DNA from: Candidatus Saccharimonadales bacterium
GTDB taxonomy: Bacteria > Patescibacteriota > Saccharimonadia > Saccharimonadales > UBA4665
Reading direction: 5' to 3'
Length of the DNA stretch: 36,309 bases
NCBI GenBank assembly: GCA_036489905.1
Contig: DASXEX010000037.1
Location: 1-36,309 of the forward strand
The first letter of the stretch is position 1. The number at the start of each line of letters is the position of its first letter. The position numbers and the translations under genes are program-made. Positions 9,107-18,028 of this stretch are shown piece by piece. Below the pieces are notes generated by a model, which saw nothing but the letters and a program-made list of their open reading frames with translations, did not search any database and was not told the DNA's origin.

Positions 9107-9125
9107 CAACTTTTTTCGCAAGAAA

Positions 9126-10634
9126 TTATTGCTGTTTGTGGCGCGGGATAAAACGCAGCAGTCCGGGGCGTTTGACTGCTAAAGCCTCTGCCGCACCAGG
9201 CGCAAGGGCGCTGGTATCACTGAAAAAGTCCGGCTGGCTGTATTGGTCGTAGGTGACCATCAGCGCGCGCGATTCGACGGCGCGCAAAGTTTGCAACGAT
9301 ACCGATACCAAAATTAGGATGCTCGTGCCGCCGATCGCAATGTTTTGATTGACGTACACCTGAGCAATAATCGGCAGCAGCGCCAGAACGCCGAGGCTGA
9401 GCGCGCCGAAAAGCGTCAACCGGCCCACTACCTTGCCCAAATACTTTTCGGTTTGCAGGCCCGAGCGCACGCCCTCGATAAATCCACCTTGCTTGTGCAA
9501 ATTCTCGGCGATTTCTTTGGAGTTGAACGTAATGCTCGTGTAGAAAAAGGTGAAAATAAACACCAGCAAGAAATACGTAATCGGGTAAATCCACGGCGTG
9601 AAGCCGCCGGCCGCGAAGGTTTGCGACGACGGCGCCTGGAACCAAGTCGTCAAGTTCGTTCCAAGATGTTGCAGCCGCACGCTTTGCATGCCGGTCATCA
9701 GCTGGCCGGCAAAGCTCGGCACACTCAAGAATGCGACGGCGAAAATTATCGGCACCACGCCAGCCGTTATCAGCTTGACCGGCAAAATGGTCGTCACGCC
9801 GCCATATGTTCGATTGCCCTGCACGCGCTTGGCGTAATTAACCGTGATGTTTCGCGAAGCTTCGTTGAGCTTGACGACCAACCACGTCACGATAACTGCC
9901 GATAGCAACAGAATGACGCCGACAAAAAAGTTGTGCTCGTCAATCGGTAAATTTTTACCAAAAAGATGCCAGTGGTTTGACTTGCCAAAAATCGTACTGC
10001 CAATCGAAGTGAACGTCTGCGGCAAACGACTGACAATGCTCACGGTAATAATTAGTGAGATGCCGTTGCCGACGCTTTGCTCGGTCACGAGTTCGCCCAG
10101 CCACATCAGGATCATCGAACCGCCGGTTAACGACGCCACCATCAACACCCATTGCATGAATGACGCGCCCGCGGTAATGTCGCCAACGCCGCCGATACTC
10201 TGCGCGGTTTGCTTGACTAGATAAATCGCGCCGATCGACTGAATAATCGCCAACGGAAACGTCAGCATGCGGGTATATTGGTTGATTTTTTTCTGGCCGT
10301 ACTCGCCTTCTTTGTGCATCGCCTCGAGCTTCGGGATTGCCTTGGTGAGCAGCTGCATAATAATCGACGCGTTAATGTACGGGCCCATGCCCGCGATCAT
10401 TATCGAGAAGTTCGCCAGCGCGCCGCCGGACAACACGTTAATAAAGTTCAAGAACTGCGGTGTGTTGCTGGAGCTGAACAAGTTGTCGAGCACTTGCCGA
10501 AGTGTCTGCGGGTCGCTTAAAGGAATCGGAATGTGCGCCAAAATCCGAAACACCAACAAAATTCCCAGTACCGCAAAAATGCGCTTCCGCATATCTTTGT
10601 GCCCGAGCGACCTCGCAATAAGTTTCCAGTTCAT
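9126..10634 (-). CDS. secY: Preprotein translocase subunit SecY
   Basis: 502 aa polytopic membrane protein in the canonical position after rplO. It has a C-terminal ~40 aa extension. Confidence 0.93.
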   Translation of the reverse strand: MNWKLIARSLGHKDMRKRIFAVLGILLVFRILAHIPIPLSDPQTLRQVLDNLFSSSNTPQFLNFINVLSGGALANFSIMIAGMGPYINASIIMQLLTKAIPKLEAMHKEGEYGQKKINQYTRMLTFPLAIIQSIGAIYLVKQTAQSIGGVGDITAGASFMQWVLMVASLTGGSMILMWLGELVTEQSVGNGISLIITVSIVSRLPQTFTSIGSTIFGKSNHWHLFGKNLPIDEHNFFVGVILLLSAVIVTWLVVKLNEASRNITVNYAKRVQGNRTYGGVTTILPVKLITAGVVPIIFAVAFLSVPSFAGQLMTGMQSVRLQHLGTNLTTWFQAPSSQTFAAGGFTPWIYPITYFLLVFIFTFFYTSITFNSKEIAENLHKQGGFIEGVRSGLQTEKYLGKVVGRLTLFGALSLGVLALLPIIAQVYVNQNIAIGGTSILILVSVSLQTLRAVESRALMVTYDQYSQPDFFSDTSALAPGAAEALAVKRPGLLRFIPRHKQQ

Positions 10635-10671
10635 ATAATGATTAGTCTCTCACATTTTTGCAGTCAGTTCT

Positions 10672-10700
10672 AGTATAGCAGTCTGTACATCGTATGCCTA
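10672..10700 (-). promoter_or_regulatory. Candidate promoter upstream of secY
   Basis: The minus strand reads TAGGCA-N17-TATACT in the 73-nt gap between the methyltransferase pseudogene and secY. Confidence 0.3.
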
Positions 10701-10707
10701 CGTATTT

Positions 10708-11544
10708 TCACTTGTGTGCGGTAATAATATTGTAGCGAATCAACTCCCGATTATCCCAGAGTTCTACGGCCGACATGGCGTTGATGACATGCTTCTGTAG
10801 GCGCAAAAGCCTTGCGATTCTGTATGGCAACCGGGCAACGGTTGCAAATTGCTTCAGCATGGGCAGTATATGTGGAGTGATATCTTTGACGAAAACACCG
10901 TAGAAACCGGCTGTCACGAGCTTTTCCGGCATGCTGCCCCAAGTAAATTCGTTGAAAGCCGGCATGGCTGCGAACTCGTTCACATATTTTATGCGTTGCG
11001 CGCCGCGTCACTCGTCCGCAGAGAGCTTGTTAGCGGGCTTGAGGCTATACTCGAAAAGTACTAGCTTGCCGCCCGGTTTCAGGACTCGCTGAAATTCTTT
11101 CAAGGCTTCGTGGTAAGCGGGCGAATGCACCAGCGTTTCCATAGTATATACGCCGTCGAAGCTGTTGGCCTTGAACGGAAGCTTTTGGTAGGAGCCGAGC
11201 TTGAAATCGACCCTGTCTGCAAGCCGCTGCCGGTTTGCGGCGCGTACGGCTCGTGCAATATTAAAGTCAAGCAAATCAATGCCGTTGACCCGTAAGGCTG
11301 ATTCCTATGCTAGGTAAAGCGCAACGCCGCCTTCACCACAGCCAGCATCAAGTACCAGTCTGCCTGTCGGCAGCGCCAAAGCTTTGGCAAGTCGCTCACT
11401 CATAAGCAGTTGGGCTTCGGCTTTTGAAATATGCTCCTTGCCTTTCGGGTAGTAGCCGAAATGTTTGACACCGTGCAGCTTTCTATAGCCGATAATACTC
11501 TCCCACGAGTGATAGTAGCCGATGACCGGATTGGTTTTTGACAT
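10708..11544 (-). pseudogene. Class I SAM-dependent methyltransferase (sterol/ERG6-like architecture) interrupted by two in-frame stop codons
   Basis: Three ORF-track pieces (11305-11544, 11008-11274, 10708-10983) are all in the same frame. They are separated by TAG at 11305-11307 and TGA at 11008-11010. Read through, the sequence gives SAM motif I VLDAGCGEGGVALYLA*ESALRVNGIDL, then PFKANSFDGVY and LKPGGKLVLFEY, followed by the C-terminal piece. Confidence 0.7.
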
Positions 11545-11601
11545 TTAGAAACAGTATACAGCAACCTGTAAGTTGCTCGGCTCTTTCTACCCACACAGGT
11601 T

Positions 11602-12084
11602 TTATTTGCTGCGCTTTTCCTGCTTTTTCTCAGAGGCGGGGCGGGTGACGCGAGGGGTTTGGGTGAACGTGCCGCCGGCTTTTTGGGTGGCGGCGATAGC
11701 GGATTCGCTGGCGGCTTGGAGTTTGACGGTCATAGCTTTTTTGAGCTCGCCTTTGACAATGAGTTTGACGGTCACGTGCGGACTGCTAATTAGTCCGGCT
11801 TCGGTAAGTGTAAAGTTGTCGACGGTTTTGGCTTTGAGTTCGTTCAGCTGGCCGGTGTAGACGTTTTCGGTTTTCGGTTTGTGCGAGGTGAAGCCGCGGA
11901 GTTTCGGCATGCTCTGCACCAGTGGGTTTTGGCCGCCTTCAAATCCGGGCTTGCGGCTCGAACCGGTTCGGGCGTGCTGGCCTTTGGTGCCGCGCCCGGC
12001 AGTTTTGCCTTGGCCGGCGGCAATGCCACGGCCGACGCGCTTTGGACTCTTGTGTTTTGAAATGGTGAGTTCGTGGTATTTCAT
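11602..12084 (-). CDS. rplO: 50S ribosomal protein L15
   Basis: 160 aa, with KRVGRGIAAGQGKTAGRGTKGQHARTG and FEGGQNPLVQSMPKLRGF. Confidence 0.95.
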   Translation of the reverse strand: MKYHELTISKHKSPKRVGRGIAAGQGKTAGRGTKGQHARTGSSRKPGFEGGQNPLVQSMPKLRGFTSHKPKTENVYTGQLNELKAKTVDNFTLTEAGLISSPHVTVKLIVKGELKKAMTVKLQAASESAIAATQKAGGTFTQTPRVTRPASEKKQEKRSK

Positions 12085-12086
12085 TA

Positions 12087-12698
12087 TTATTTTTCCTTGG
12101 CTTCGGCTTTAGTTTTCGCAGGAGCTTTTTTGGCCGCAGGCTTCGGAGCCTTTTCAACTTGACTCTTGGTGCTTGATTCTTTGCTCTGCTTTGCAGTAAC
12201 CCAATTTTTGGCAGGCACGATACTTTGCAACGCGGCAATGGTCGCGTACGCCGTGTTGGTCTTGTTGGACGAGCCGAGTGATTTGCTGAGCGCGTTGTGC
12301 ACGCCGGCGACTTCCAAAACGGTGCGGACAACGCCGCCGGCAATCAGGCCGGTTCCGGCGCTGGCGGGTTTGACCAAAATGTGTGCGCCGCTGACTTTGG
12401 CTTCGGCTTCGTGCGGCAGCGTGCCTTTATATAATGAGACGCTGATCATGTGTTTTTTGGCGGCTTCGGTGGCTTTGGTGACAGCGGCGGTTACGTCCGC
12501 GCCTTTGGCGCTGCCGATGCCGACGCGATTTTTGCGGTCACCGACGACCACGAGTGCGCGGAAGCGGAAGCGGCGGCCGCCTTTAACCACGCGCGCAACG
12601 CGGTCGATGTGCAGCGTGCGTTCGTCGAACTGTTTTTCTTCCGGCGCCATGTCTGACGGGCGGCGGCTTCTTCGGTCTTGTGTTTGTGGTCCGGGCAT
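12087..12698 (-). CDS. rpsE: 30S ribosomal protein S5 with a Lys/Ala-rich tail
   Basis: 203 aa, with HIDRVARVVKGGRRFRFRALVVVGD and GTGLIAGGVVRTVLEVAGV. GGAG lies 7 nt upstream of the ATG at 12698. M17 is an alternative start. Confidence 0.92.
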   Translation of the reverse strand: MPGPQTQDRRSRRPSDMAPEEKQFDERTLHIDRVARVVKGGRRFRFRALVVVGDRKNRVGIGSAKGADVTAAVTKATEAAKKHMISVSLYKGTLPHEAEAKVSGAHILVKPASAGTGLIAGGVVRTVLEVAGVHNALSKSLGSSNKTNTAYATIAALQSIVPAKNWVTAKQSKESSTKSQVEKAPKPAAKKAPAKTKAEAKEK

Positions 12699-13052
12699 TT
12701 AGAACTCCAATCCTGCTTTACGGGCGGCTTCGGCGAGCGCGGCCACGCGGCCGTGATACAATTTGCCGCCGCGGTCGAACACGACTCGGCTGACTTTTGC
12801 GGCTTTGGCTTTCTTGGCAATCTCGGCTCCGACCAATGCGGCTTTCTCGCTCATCGTACCGGAAATTTTCTGGCCGACGGTCGTGGCGTACGCGAGCGTG
12901 CACTGTTTGGTGTCGTCAATAATTTGCGCGCTAACGTGCTGGCTGCTGACAAAAACACTCAAACGCGGTCGCTCACTTGTGCCGGACACGGTGGCGCGGA
13001 TGCGGCCTTTGCGCTGCGCACGATTGTGCAATTTGTGCAATAAATTATTCAT
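12699..13052 (-). CDS. rplR: 50S ribosomal protein L18
   Basis: Start trimmed to the ATG at 13050-13052 (MNNLLHKLHNRAQRKGRIRATV..RPRLSVF), which has AAGGA upstream. The longer 191-aa ORF-track version overlaps rplF. Confidence 0.92.
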   Translation of the reverse strand: MNNLLHKLHNRAQRKGRIRATVSGTSERPRLSVFVSSQHVSAQIIDDTKQCTLAYATTVGQKISGTMSEKAALVGAEIAKKAKAAKVSRVVFDRGGKLYHGRVAALAEAARKAGLEF

Positions 13053-13053
13053 A

Positions 13054-13593
13054 CTATTTTTCCTTGCCTGACTTGCCGGATTTGCGGATGATGCGTTCGC
13101 CGGCGTATTTAATACCCTTGCCTTTATACGGCTCCGGTTTTTTGAGCGCGCGGATTTCAGCCGCGACCTGTCCGACTTGCTGCTTGCCGATGCCGCTAAC
13201 GGTAATCGTATTTTGCTCCACGACTGCGGTGATGCCTTGCGGCAGATGATACAGCACATCGTGCGAAAAGCCAAGGTTGAATTTCAGGTCGGCACCCTGC
13301 AAATTGACGCGGTAGCCGACACCATTGATTTCCAGTTTTTTGCTAAAACCCTGACCGACGCCGACAACCATGTTGTTCAGCAGCGAGCGCATCAGCCCAT
13401 GCTTGGCCCGGTTTTTCGGCTCGTCATTTATTCTGGTAACAACCAATTGGTTGTCTTCTTGTTTGACGGTTATGCCCGGCATAGTGAACTGTTTTAGCGT
13501 GCCTTTCGCGCCAGCAACGGTAATCTCGTTGCCGTCGACAGTGATTGTCACGCCGCTGGGGATCAAAATCGGCAGTTTTCCTATTCGACTCAT
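13054..13593 (-). CDS. rplF: 50S ribosomal protein L6
   Basis: 179 aa, with MSRIGKLPILIPSGVTITVDGNEITVAGAKG and the duplicated L6 domain. Confidence 0.95.
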   Translation of the reverse strand: MSRIGKLPILIPSGVTITVDGNEITVAGAKGTLKQFTMPGITVKQEDNQLVVTRINDEPKNRAKHGLMRSLLNNMVVGVGQGFSKKLEINGVGYRVNLQGADLKFNLGFSHDVLYHLPQGITAVVEQNTITVSGIGKQQVGQVAAEIRALKKPEPYKGKGIKYAGERIIRKSGKSGKEK

Positions 13594-13601
13594 ATTATTC
13601 C

Positions 13602-14000
13602 TTAATAAACCTTACAAATTAATTCGCCGCCAATGCCTTGCTTTTTGGCTTGGTCGCCGGTCATCATGCCTTTGGATGTCGAGACGATGACGATGCCGCG
13701 GCCATGCTTGACGGCCGGGATTTCCTTGGCGCCCGCGTAATAGCGGCGGCCCGGTTTGCTCAATCGGGAAATTTCGGTGATGCGGGCATTTTCTTGCGCG
13801 CTGTTGATAGTCACGATCAAGGTTTTGCCGACTGGCGCTTTTTCGGTCTTTACATCAGACACGAACTTATTTGCTTTAAGCAATTTTGCCACGGCTTCTT
13901 TCGCGTTTGAATGCGGCATGCTCACCTCGTTTTTGCGCACCAAAACAGCGTTGCGGATGCGGGACAGCATGTCGGCGATGGGGTCGGTTGTGGTTATCAT
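13602..14000 (-). CDS. rpsH: 30S ribosomal protein S8
   Basis: 132 aa, with DPIADMLSRIRNA and the C-terminus GGELICKVY. Confidence 0.95.
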   Translation of the reverse strand: MITTTDPIADMLSRIRNAVLVRKNEVSMPHSNAKEAVAKLLKANKFVSDVKTEKAPVGKTLIVTINSAQENARITEISRLSKPGRRYYAGAKEIPAVKHGRGIVIVSTSKGMMTGDQAKKQGIGGELICKVY

Positions 14001-14013
14001 GTCATGCTCCTTT

Positions 14014-14283
14014 CTACCAGCTCGATTTCGTTATACCCGGGATTTCACCTTTGGACGCGTGTTCGCGGAATGAAATACGGCTCAGGCCAAACGTGCGCAT
14101 ATAAGCGCGCGGCCGGCCGGTTTCGACGCAGCGATTCGTCCAGCGCGTCGGGCTGGAATTGCGCGGCAACTTGGCCAAACCTTCTTGGTCGCCCATGCTT
14201 TTCAACTCTGCGCGCTTGGCCGCGTATTTCTGGATCATCTTCTGCCGCTTCAAATCGCGCGCGATATTTGATTTTCTAGCCAT
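14014..14283 (-). CDS. rpsN: 30S ribosomal protein S14 (long form)
   Basis: 89 aa, with [40 protein letters not shown]. Confidence 0.93.
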   Translation of the reverse strand: MARKSNIARDLKRQKMIQKYAAKRAELKSMGDQEGLAKLPRNSSPTRWTNRCVETGRPRAYMRTFGLSRISFREHASKGEIPGITKSSW

Positions 14284-14879
14284 TACTTATTCTCCTTCTC
14301 AAACGGCATGCCGAATTTTTCGAGCAATGCCCTGCTCTGTGCCGGATTTTCGGCATTAATTACGAAATTGATTTGCAGTCCGTGGACGGTCGTGGTTTCT
14401 TCAAACGTGAGTTCAGGGAAAACCGACTGATCGATGAAGCCGAGGCTGAAGTTACCGGATTTGTCAAAAGCCTTGGCGCTGACGCCGTGGAAGTCGCGTA
14501 AACGTGGCAGCACGACGGTAATGACGCGGTCCGTGAACTCGTACATTTTGGCTCCGCGAAGGGTGACTTTCAGACCAATTTTGTTGCCTTCGCGCAGTTT
14601 GAAGCCGGCGATGGATTTCTTAGCTGTCGTTTGGATCGGCTGCTGGCCAGTAATCTTGCGCAGGGTGTTGGTGGCGACTTCCATGATTTTCTTGTCGTCT
14701 TTGGCTCGGCCAAGTCCGACATTCACAACAATTTTTTCAAGCCTCGGCACTTGGTGCACATTTTTTAGACCAAGCTCTTTTTGCAGTTCTTTGGTAATTT
14801 CCCCGTTGTAACGTTCGCGGAGACGTGCGGTCACGGCCGGTGCTTTAGTAGCAGTTTTGGGTTGGGTTGCAGTAGCCAT
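14283..14879 (-). CDS. rplE: 50S ribosomal protein L5
   Basis: Start set at the ATG at 14877-14879, which shares 1 nt with the rplX stop (TGATG). The ORF-track start at 14882 is GTG. The protein contains [20 protein letters not shown], typical of L5. Confidence 0.93.
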   Translation of the reverse strand: MATATQPKTATKAPAVTARLRERYNGEITKELQKELGLKNVHQVPRLEKIVVNVGLGRAKDDKKIMEVATNTLRKITGQQPIQTTAKKSIAGFKLREGNKIGLKVTLRGAKMYEFTDRVITVVLPRLRDFHGVSAKAFDKSGNFSLGFIDQSVFPELTFEETTTVHGLQINFVINAENPAQSRALLEKFGMPFEKENK

Positions 14880-15208
14880 CACTTAATCTCCTTGCCGGTG
14901 CTTTTATACACGCGCGTCTTGCTGTCTGTCTCGACTTTGAAGCCGATGCGGGTTGGCTTTTTGGTGGTCGGATCCATGATGCCGACTTTGCTGACCCAAA
15001 TTGGTTTGGTGAGTTCGACAATGCCGCCTTGCGGGTTGGCCTTATTCGGTTTTACGTGCTTTTTGACGATATTCACGCCTTCGACCGTCACTTTATTTTC
15101 GCTTGGATGGGTCGCCAAAACTTTGCCGGTCTTGCCTTTGTACTTGCCAGCACGGACGACCACGGTGTCGCCTTTTTTGAGTCTGATCTTGAAAATCTGC
15201 TTTTCCAT
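14879..15208 (-). CDS. rplX: 50S ribosomal protein L24
   Basis: 109 aa with a KOW motif (KKGDTVVVRAGKYKGKTGKV). Confidence 0.93.
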   Translation of the reverse strand: MEKQIFKIRLKKGDTVVVRAGKYKGKTGKVLATHPSENKVTVEGVNIVKKHVKPNKANPQGGIVELTKPIWVSKVGIMDPTTKKPTRIGFKVETDSKTRVYKSTGKEIK

Positions 15209-15576
15209 TACAGAACCTCCGGCGCGAGTGAGATAATTTTGGCGTAGCCGCAGTCGCGCAGTTCACGCGGCACTGGCCCGAAAATGCGCGTGGCGCGTGG
15301 CAACTTGTCATCGCCGATGATAACGGCGGCGTTGTCATCGAACTTGATGGTCGAGCCGTCTTTGCGGCGAATCATATCCTTTGTGCGAACAACCACGGCT
15401 TTTACAACGGTTTTCTTTTTGACAGTGCCTTGCGGGCTGGCGTCTTTGACAGTTGCGACGATGGTGTCGCCGACGCGGGCATAACGCCGACGCGTGCCGC
15501 CGAGCACGCGAATGCACAGAATTTCCTTGGCTCCCGAGTTGTCACAAACATTCAGCCGTGATTCCTGCTGGATCAT
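15208..15576 (-). CDS. rplN: 50S ribosomal protein L14
   Basis: 122 aa, with [27 protein letters not shown]. Confidence 0.96.
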   Translation of the reverse strand: MIQQESRLNVCDNSGAKEILCIRVLGGTRRRYARVGDTIVATVKDASPQGTVKKKTVVKAVVVRTKDMIRRKDGSTIKFDDNAAVIIGDDKLPRATRIFGPVPRELRDCGYAKIISLAPEVL

Positions 15577-16001
15577 GACGCTTGCTCCTTTTTGCCAGAT
15601 GAGACAACTCTACGGTTTTTCTCATCGCGCGGGGCGTCGGAATAAATTCGCCGCTCCGGCTGCTCTTTTCCCCTACCCGTTTTGTCAGCAGTCTTAGATG
15701 CGGTGTGTTCTTTCGATTCGGTAATTTCTGCGAGCGGGTTGTCGGATTCGACGTGCTTGACGCCAGCCTTCTGTACGATTTGCTGCAATTTGAAATGCTT
15801 ACGTGCGCTGATTGGCCGCGTTTCGATGATCACGACTTTGTCACCTTCGGTGGCCTCATTTTTTTCGTCGTGCGCCATGAAGCGCTTCGTCACGGTGTAT
15901 TGCTTGCGGTATAACGGGTGCGTCAGGCGGACGTGCTCGGCCACGACAATGGTTTTGTCGGTTTTTTTCGAGGCCACGATACCGGTAATCATTTTGGCCA
16001 T
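15573..16001 (-). CDS. rpsQ: 30S ribosomal protein S17 with a ~60 aa C-terminal extension that reads through repeat copy 1
   Basis: 142 aa. The S17 core ends near ...[21 protein letters not shown] (about aa 82). There is no in-frame stop until the TGA that overlaps the rplN ATG (ATGA at 15573-15576). Confidence 0.85.
   Translation of the reverse strand: MAKMITGIVASKKTDKTIVVAEHVRLTHPLYRKQYTVTKRFMAHDEKNEATEGDKVVIIETRPISARKHFKLQQIVQKAGVKHVESDNPLAEITESKEHTASKTADKTGRGKEQPERRIYSDAPRDEKNRRVVSSGKKEQAS
15599..15673 (-). repeat. Intercistronic two-hairpin repeat, copy 1 (before rplN, inside the rpsQ 3' extension)
   Basis: mRNA sense: GGGGAAAAGAGCAGCC-GGAGCGGCGAA-UUUAU-UCCGACGCCCC-GCGCG-AUGAGAAAAACCGUAGAGUUGUCUCAU. 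It shares both conserved flanks with the other four copies. Confidence 0.85.
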
Positions 16002-16201
16002 CAGTTTGTCTCCTTCATTAATTGCTCGCTGAGCACGGTTAGCATGCGAGCTAAATCTTTGCGCTTGCCGCGGACTTGGCGAACGTTTTGAACTTCGTTC
16101 AGGGCAGTGCGGCGCTTTAGCTCAGCGATTTCTTCACGCAATTTGGTGCTTTCGCTCGTGAGTTCTTCGGTCGAAAGCTTGCGGATTTCTACGATTTTCA
16201 T
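16001..16201 (-). CDS. rpmC: 50S ribosomal protein L29
   Basis: Start set at the ATG at 16199-16201 (MKIVEIRKLSTEEL...). The ORF-track start at 16210 is TTG. GGAGG lies upstream. Confidence 0.9.
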   Translation of the reverse strand: MKIVEIRKLSTEELTSESTKLREEIAELKRRTALNEVQNVRQVRGKRKDLARMLTVLSEQLMKETN

Positions 16202-16206
16202 GATGT

Positions 16207-16620
16207 TCAAGCCTCCTCTCTCACCAAGAACTTGGTTTTAACCGGCAATTTGTGAGCTGCGAGGCGCATAGCTTCGCGGGCGATTTCTTCAGTGACGCCG
16301 CGCATTTCGAACAGGATGGTGCCGGTGTGGATTTTGGCGACGAAAAATTCCGGATTGCCCTTGCCGCTGCCCATTTTCACGTCTTGCGGTTTGCGCGTTA
16401 CTGGCGTGTGCGGGAAAACGCGGATCCAAATTTTGCCGCCGCGCTTGATGTAGCGCGTCATAGCCTGGCGGGCGGCCTCGATTTGACGGCTCGTAATGCG
16501 CTCATTGCCTTGGGCTTGCAGCGCAAAATCACCAAACGCGATGTAATTGCCGCTCGTGGCTACGCCGCGGATCTTGCCCTTGCGCACTTTGCGGAATTTT
16601 GTCCGCTTCGGGAGTAACAT
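16207..16620 (-). CDS. rplP: 50S ribosomal protein L16
   Basis: Start trimmed to [15 protein letters not shown] (ATG at 16618-16620, with GGAGAGGTG 7 nt upstream). The upstream ATG in the ORF track lies inside repeat copy 2. Confidence 0.93.
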   Translation of the reverse strand: MLLPKRTKFRKVRKGKIRGVATSGNYIAFGDFALQAQGNERITSRQIEAARQAMTRYIKRGGKIWIRVFPHTPVTRKPQDVKMGSGKGNPEFFVAKIHTGTILFEMRGVTEEIAREAMRLAAHKLPVKTKFLVREEA

Positions 16621-16647
16621 GCTACTGCACCTCTCCAATGTACGGAA

Positions 16648-16722
16648 ATGAGACAAACCTAACGGTTTTTCTCATCGCGCGGCGCATCGAAGTAAATTCG
16701 TCGCTCCGGCTGCTCTTTTCCC
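16648..16722 (-). repeat. Intercistronic two-hairpin repeat, copy 2 (rpsC|rplP junction)
   Basis: mRNA sense: GGGAAAAGAGCAGCC-GGAGCGACGAA-UUUAC-UUCGAUGCGCC-GCGCG-AUGAGAAAAACCGUUAGGUUUGUCUCAU. Confidence 0.9.
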
Positions 16723-16740
16723 TTAAAATTGCCAGAAGTG

Positions 16741-17373
16741 TCATGTCACTTCTCCTTTATAAATCCAAACTTTCACACCGATGATGCCGGCGCCCGGCCA
16801 GCGCGCACCGACATGTGCGTAATCAATGTCAGCTCGCAGAGTGTGCAATGGCACGCTGCCTTGCACTTCTTTTTCGCGGCGCGACATTTCGGCGCCGTTC
16901 AGTCGGCCTGCAACTTCGATACGAACACCTTTGGCACCGGCACGCATGGTAGCGGCTGCCGACGATTTGACCGCGCGGCGGAAACTCATGCGGCGCTCAA
17001 GCTGGTGCGCTATGTTCTCGGCCACGAGCTTCGCGTACAGCTCTGGCTTCTTAACTTCTTCGATATTGATACGAGCCGGCACGCCGTAAATTTTCTCAAC
17101 CGCAACTTTGAGCTCCTGCGCGCCCGAGCCGCCGCGGCCAATCACAACGCCGGCTTTGGCGGTCATAATAGTTACGGTCACGAGGTTTGGCGAGCGCTCG
17201 ATGTCAACTTTGTTGATAGCCGCACGGCTGCCAAGCTTGTCAGCAATCAATTTTCGCGTCGCCAAATCGTCGCGCAAATACTTGGCGTATTCGCGCTTGT
17301 CCACGAACCACTTGCTGCGCCAATCTTTGTTGACTTGCAGCCGCATCGAAATCGGATTAACTTTCTGACCCAT
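16741..17373 (-). CDS. rpsC: 30S ribosomal protein S3
   Basis: 210 aa, with MGQKVNPISMRLQVNKDWRSKWF and a KH domain. Confidence 0.96.
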   Translation of the reverse strand: MGQKVNPISMRLQVNKDWRSKWFVDKREYAKYLRDDLATRKLIADKLGSRAAINKVDIERSPNLVTVTIMTAKAGVVIGRGGSGAQELKVAVEKIYGVPARINIEEVKKPELYAKLVAENIAHQLERRMSFRRAVKSSAAATMRAGAKGVRIEVAGRLNGAEMSRREKEVQGSVPLHTLRADIDYAHVGARWPGAGIIGVKVWIYKGEVT

Positions 17374-17753
17374 TACTTTGACTCCTCGGATTTTTTAGCA
17401 GCCGGTTTTTTGGCGACGCGCTGTTCGCCGTCGACAACTACGCGGATGTGCGAAGTTTTCTTCTGGAACGGCAAGGCGCGGCCGTGAGCGGCCGGTTTGT
17501 AACGCTTCAGGCGCGGGCCAGGTGTAACGCTGATTTCGGTAATGTGCAAGGTATCCGGCTTGAAGTTGTGGTTGTGCTCGGCATTTGCGCGGGCGCTCTG
17601 CACGGCTTTTTTAACAGCGGTTGCCGAACGGCGCGGCGTGTGCTGCAAAATTACCAGTGCGTCATCCACGCTGCGGCCGCGCACCAGAGAAGCTACCACG
17701 CCGACTTTGCGCGGGCTCATGCGAACTCCCTTAGCGATTGCCTGTACTGCCAT
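17373..17753 (-). CDS. rplV: 50S ribosomal protein L22
   Basis: Start trimmed to [26 protein letters not shown] (ATG at 17751-17753, TAATG overlap with the rpsS stop). The longer ORF-track version overlaps rpsS. Confidence 0.93.
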   Translation of the reverse strand: MAVQAIAKGVRMSPRKVGVVASLVRGRSVDDALVILQHTPRRSATAVKKAVQSARANAEHNHNFKPDTLHITEISVTPGPRLKRYKPAAHGRALPFQKKTSHIRVVVDGEQRVAKKPAAKKSEESK

Positions 17754-18028
17754 TATTTCTTGCCTTTCGCGAGTTTGCCGCCGTGGCTGCGGAATTTGCG
17801 GGTCGGCGAAAACTCGCCGAGCTTGTGTCCAACCATGTTTTCGGTCACGAACACCGGCACATGGACTTTGCCATTGTGCACGGCGAACGTGTGGCCGACA
17901 AATTCCGGCGCAATGGTCGAAGCCCGCGCCCATGTCTTAATAATGGTGCGATCCTCGGCCGCGAGTACCGCCACTTTCTTGGAAAGCTTCGGGTCAATAA
18001 ACGGTCCTTTTTTCAGCGAACGACTCAT
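17753..18028 (-). CDS. rpsS: 30S ribosomal protein S19
   Basis: 91 aa, with [15 protein letters not shown] and [34 protein letters not shown] lies 7 nt upstream. Confidence 0.96.
   Translation of the reverse strand: MSRSLKKGPFIDPKLSKKVAVLAAEDRTIIKTWARASTIAPEFVGHTFAVHNGKVHVPVFVTENMVGHKLGEFSPTRKFRSHGGKLAKGKK

Noticed and set aside
9217-9645. Alternate-frame minus-strand ORFs nested inside real genes, for example 9217-9645 in secY, 11939-12343, 12491-12820, 15093-15338 and 24314-24583.
   Set aside because: They are fully contained in, or overlap, strongly conserved genes in another frame. Their Arg/Pro/Ala-rich translations look spurious.
11008-11307. The in-frame TAG and TGA in the methyltransferase as evidence of stop-codon reassignment (for example, code 25 reads UGA as Gly).
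   Set aside because: Two different stop codons are involved. TGA clearly terminates native genes here (rplQ, rplX, rplP, rpmC, rpsQ), as does TAG (rplF, rpsG). No conserved gene in the window has an internal stop.
12699-13274. Long N-terminal extensions in the ORF track for rplR. The same applies to rplV (to 17933), rpsG (to 27720), rplP (to 16656), rplB (to 19035) and rplW (to 19528).
   Set aside because: The extensions overlap the upstream conserved gene or a repeat copy. Each has an internal ATG with a proper SD that yields the canonical N-terminus, so the starts were trimmed.
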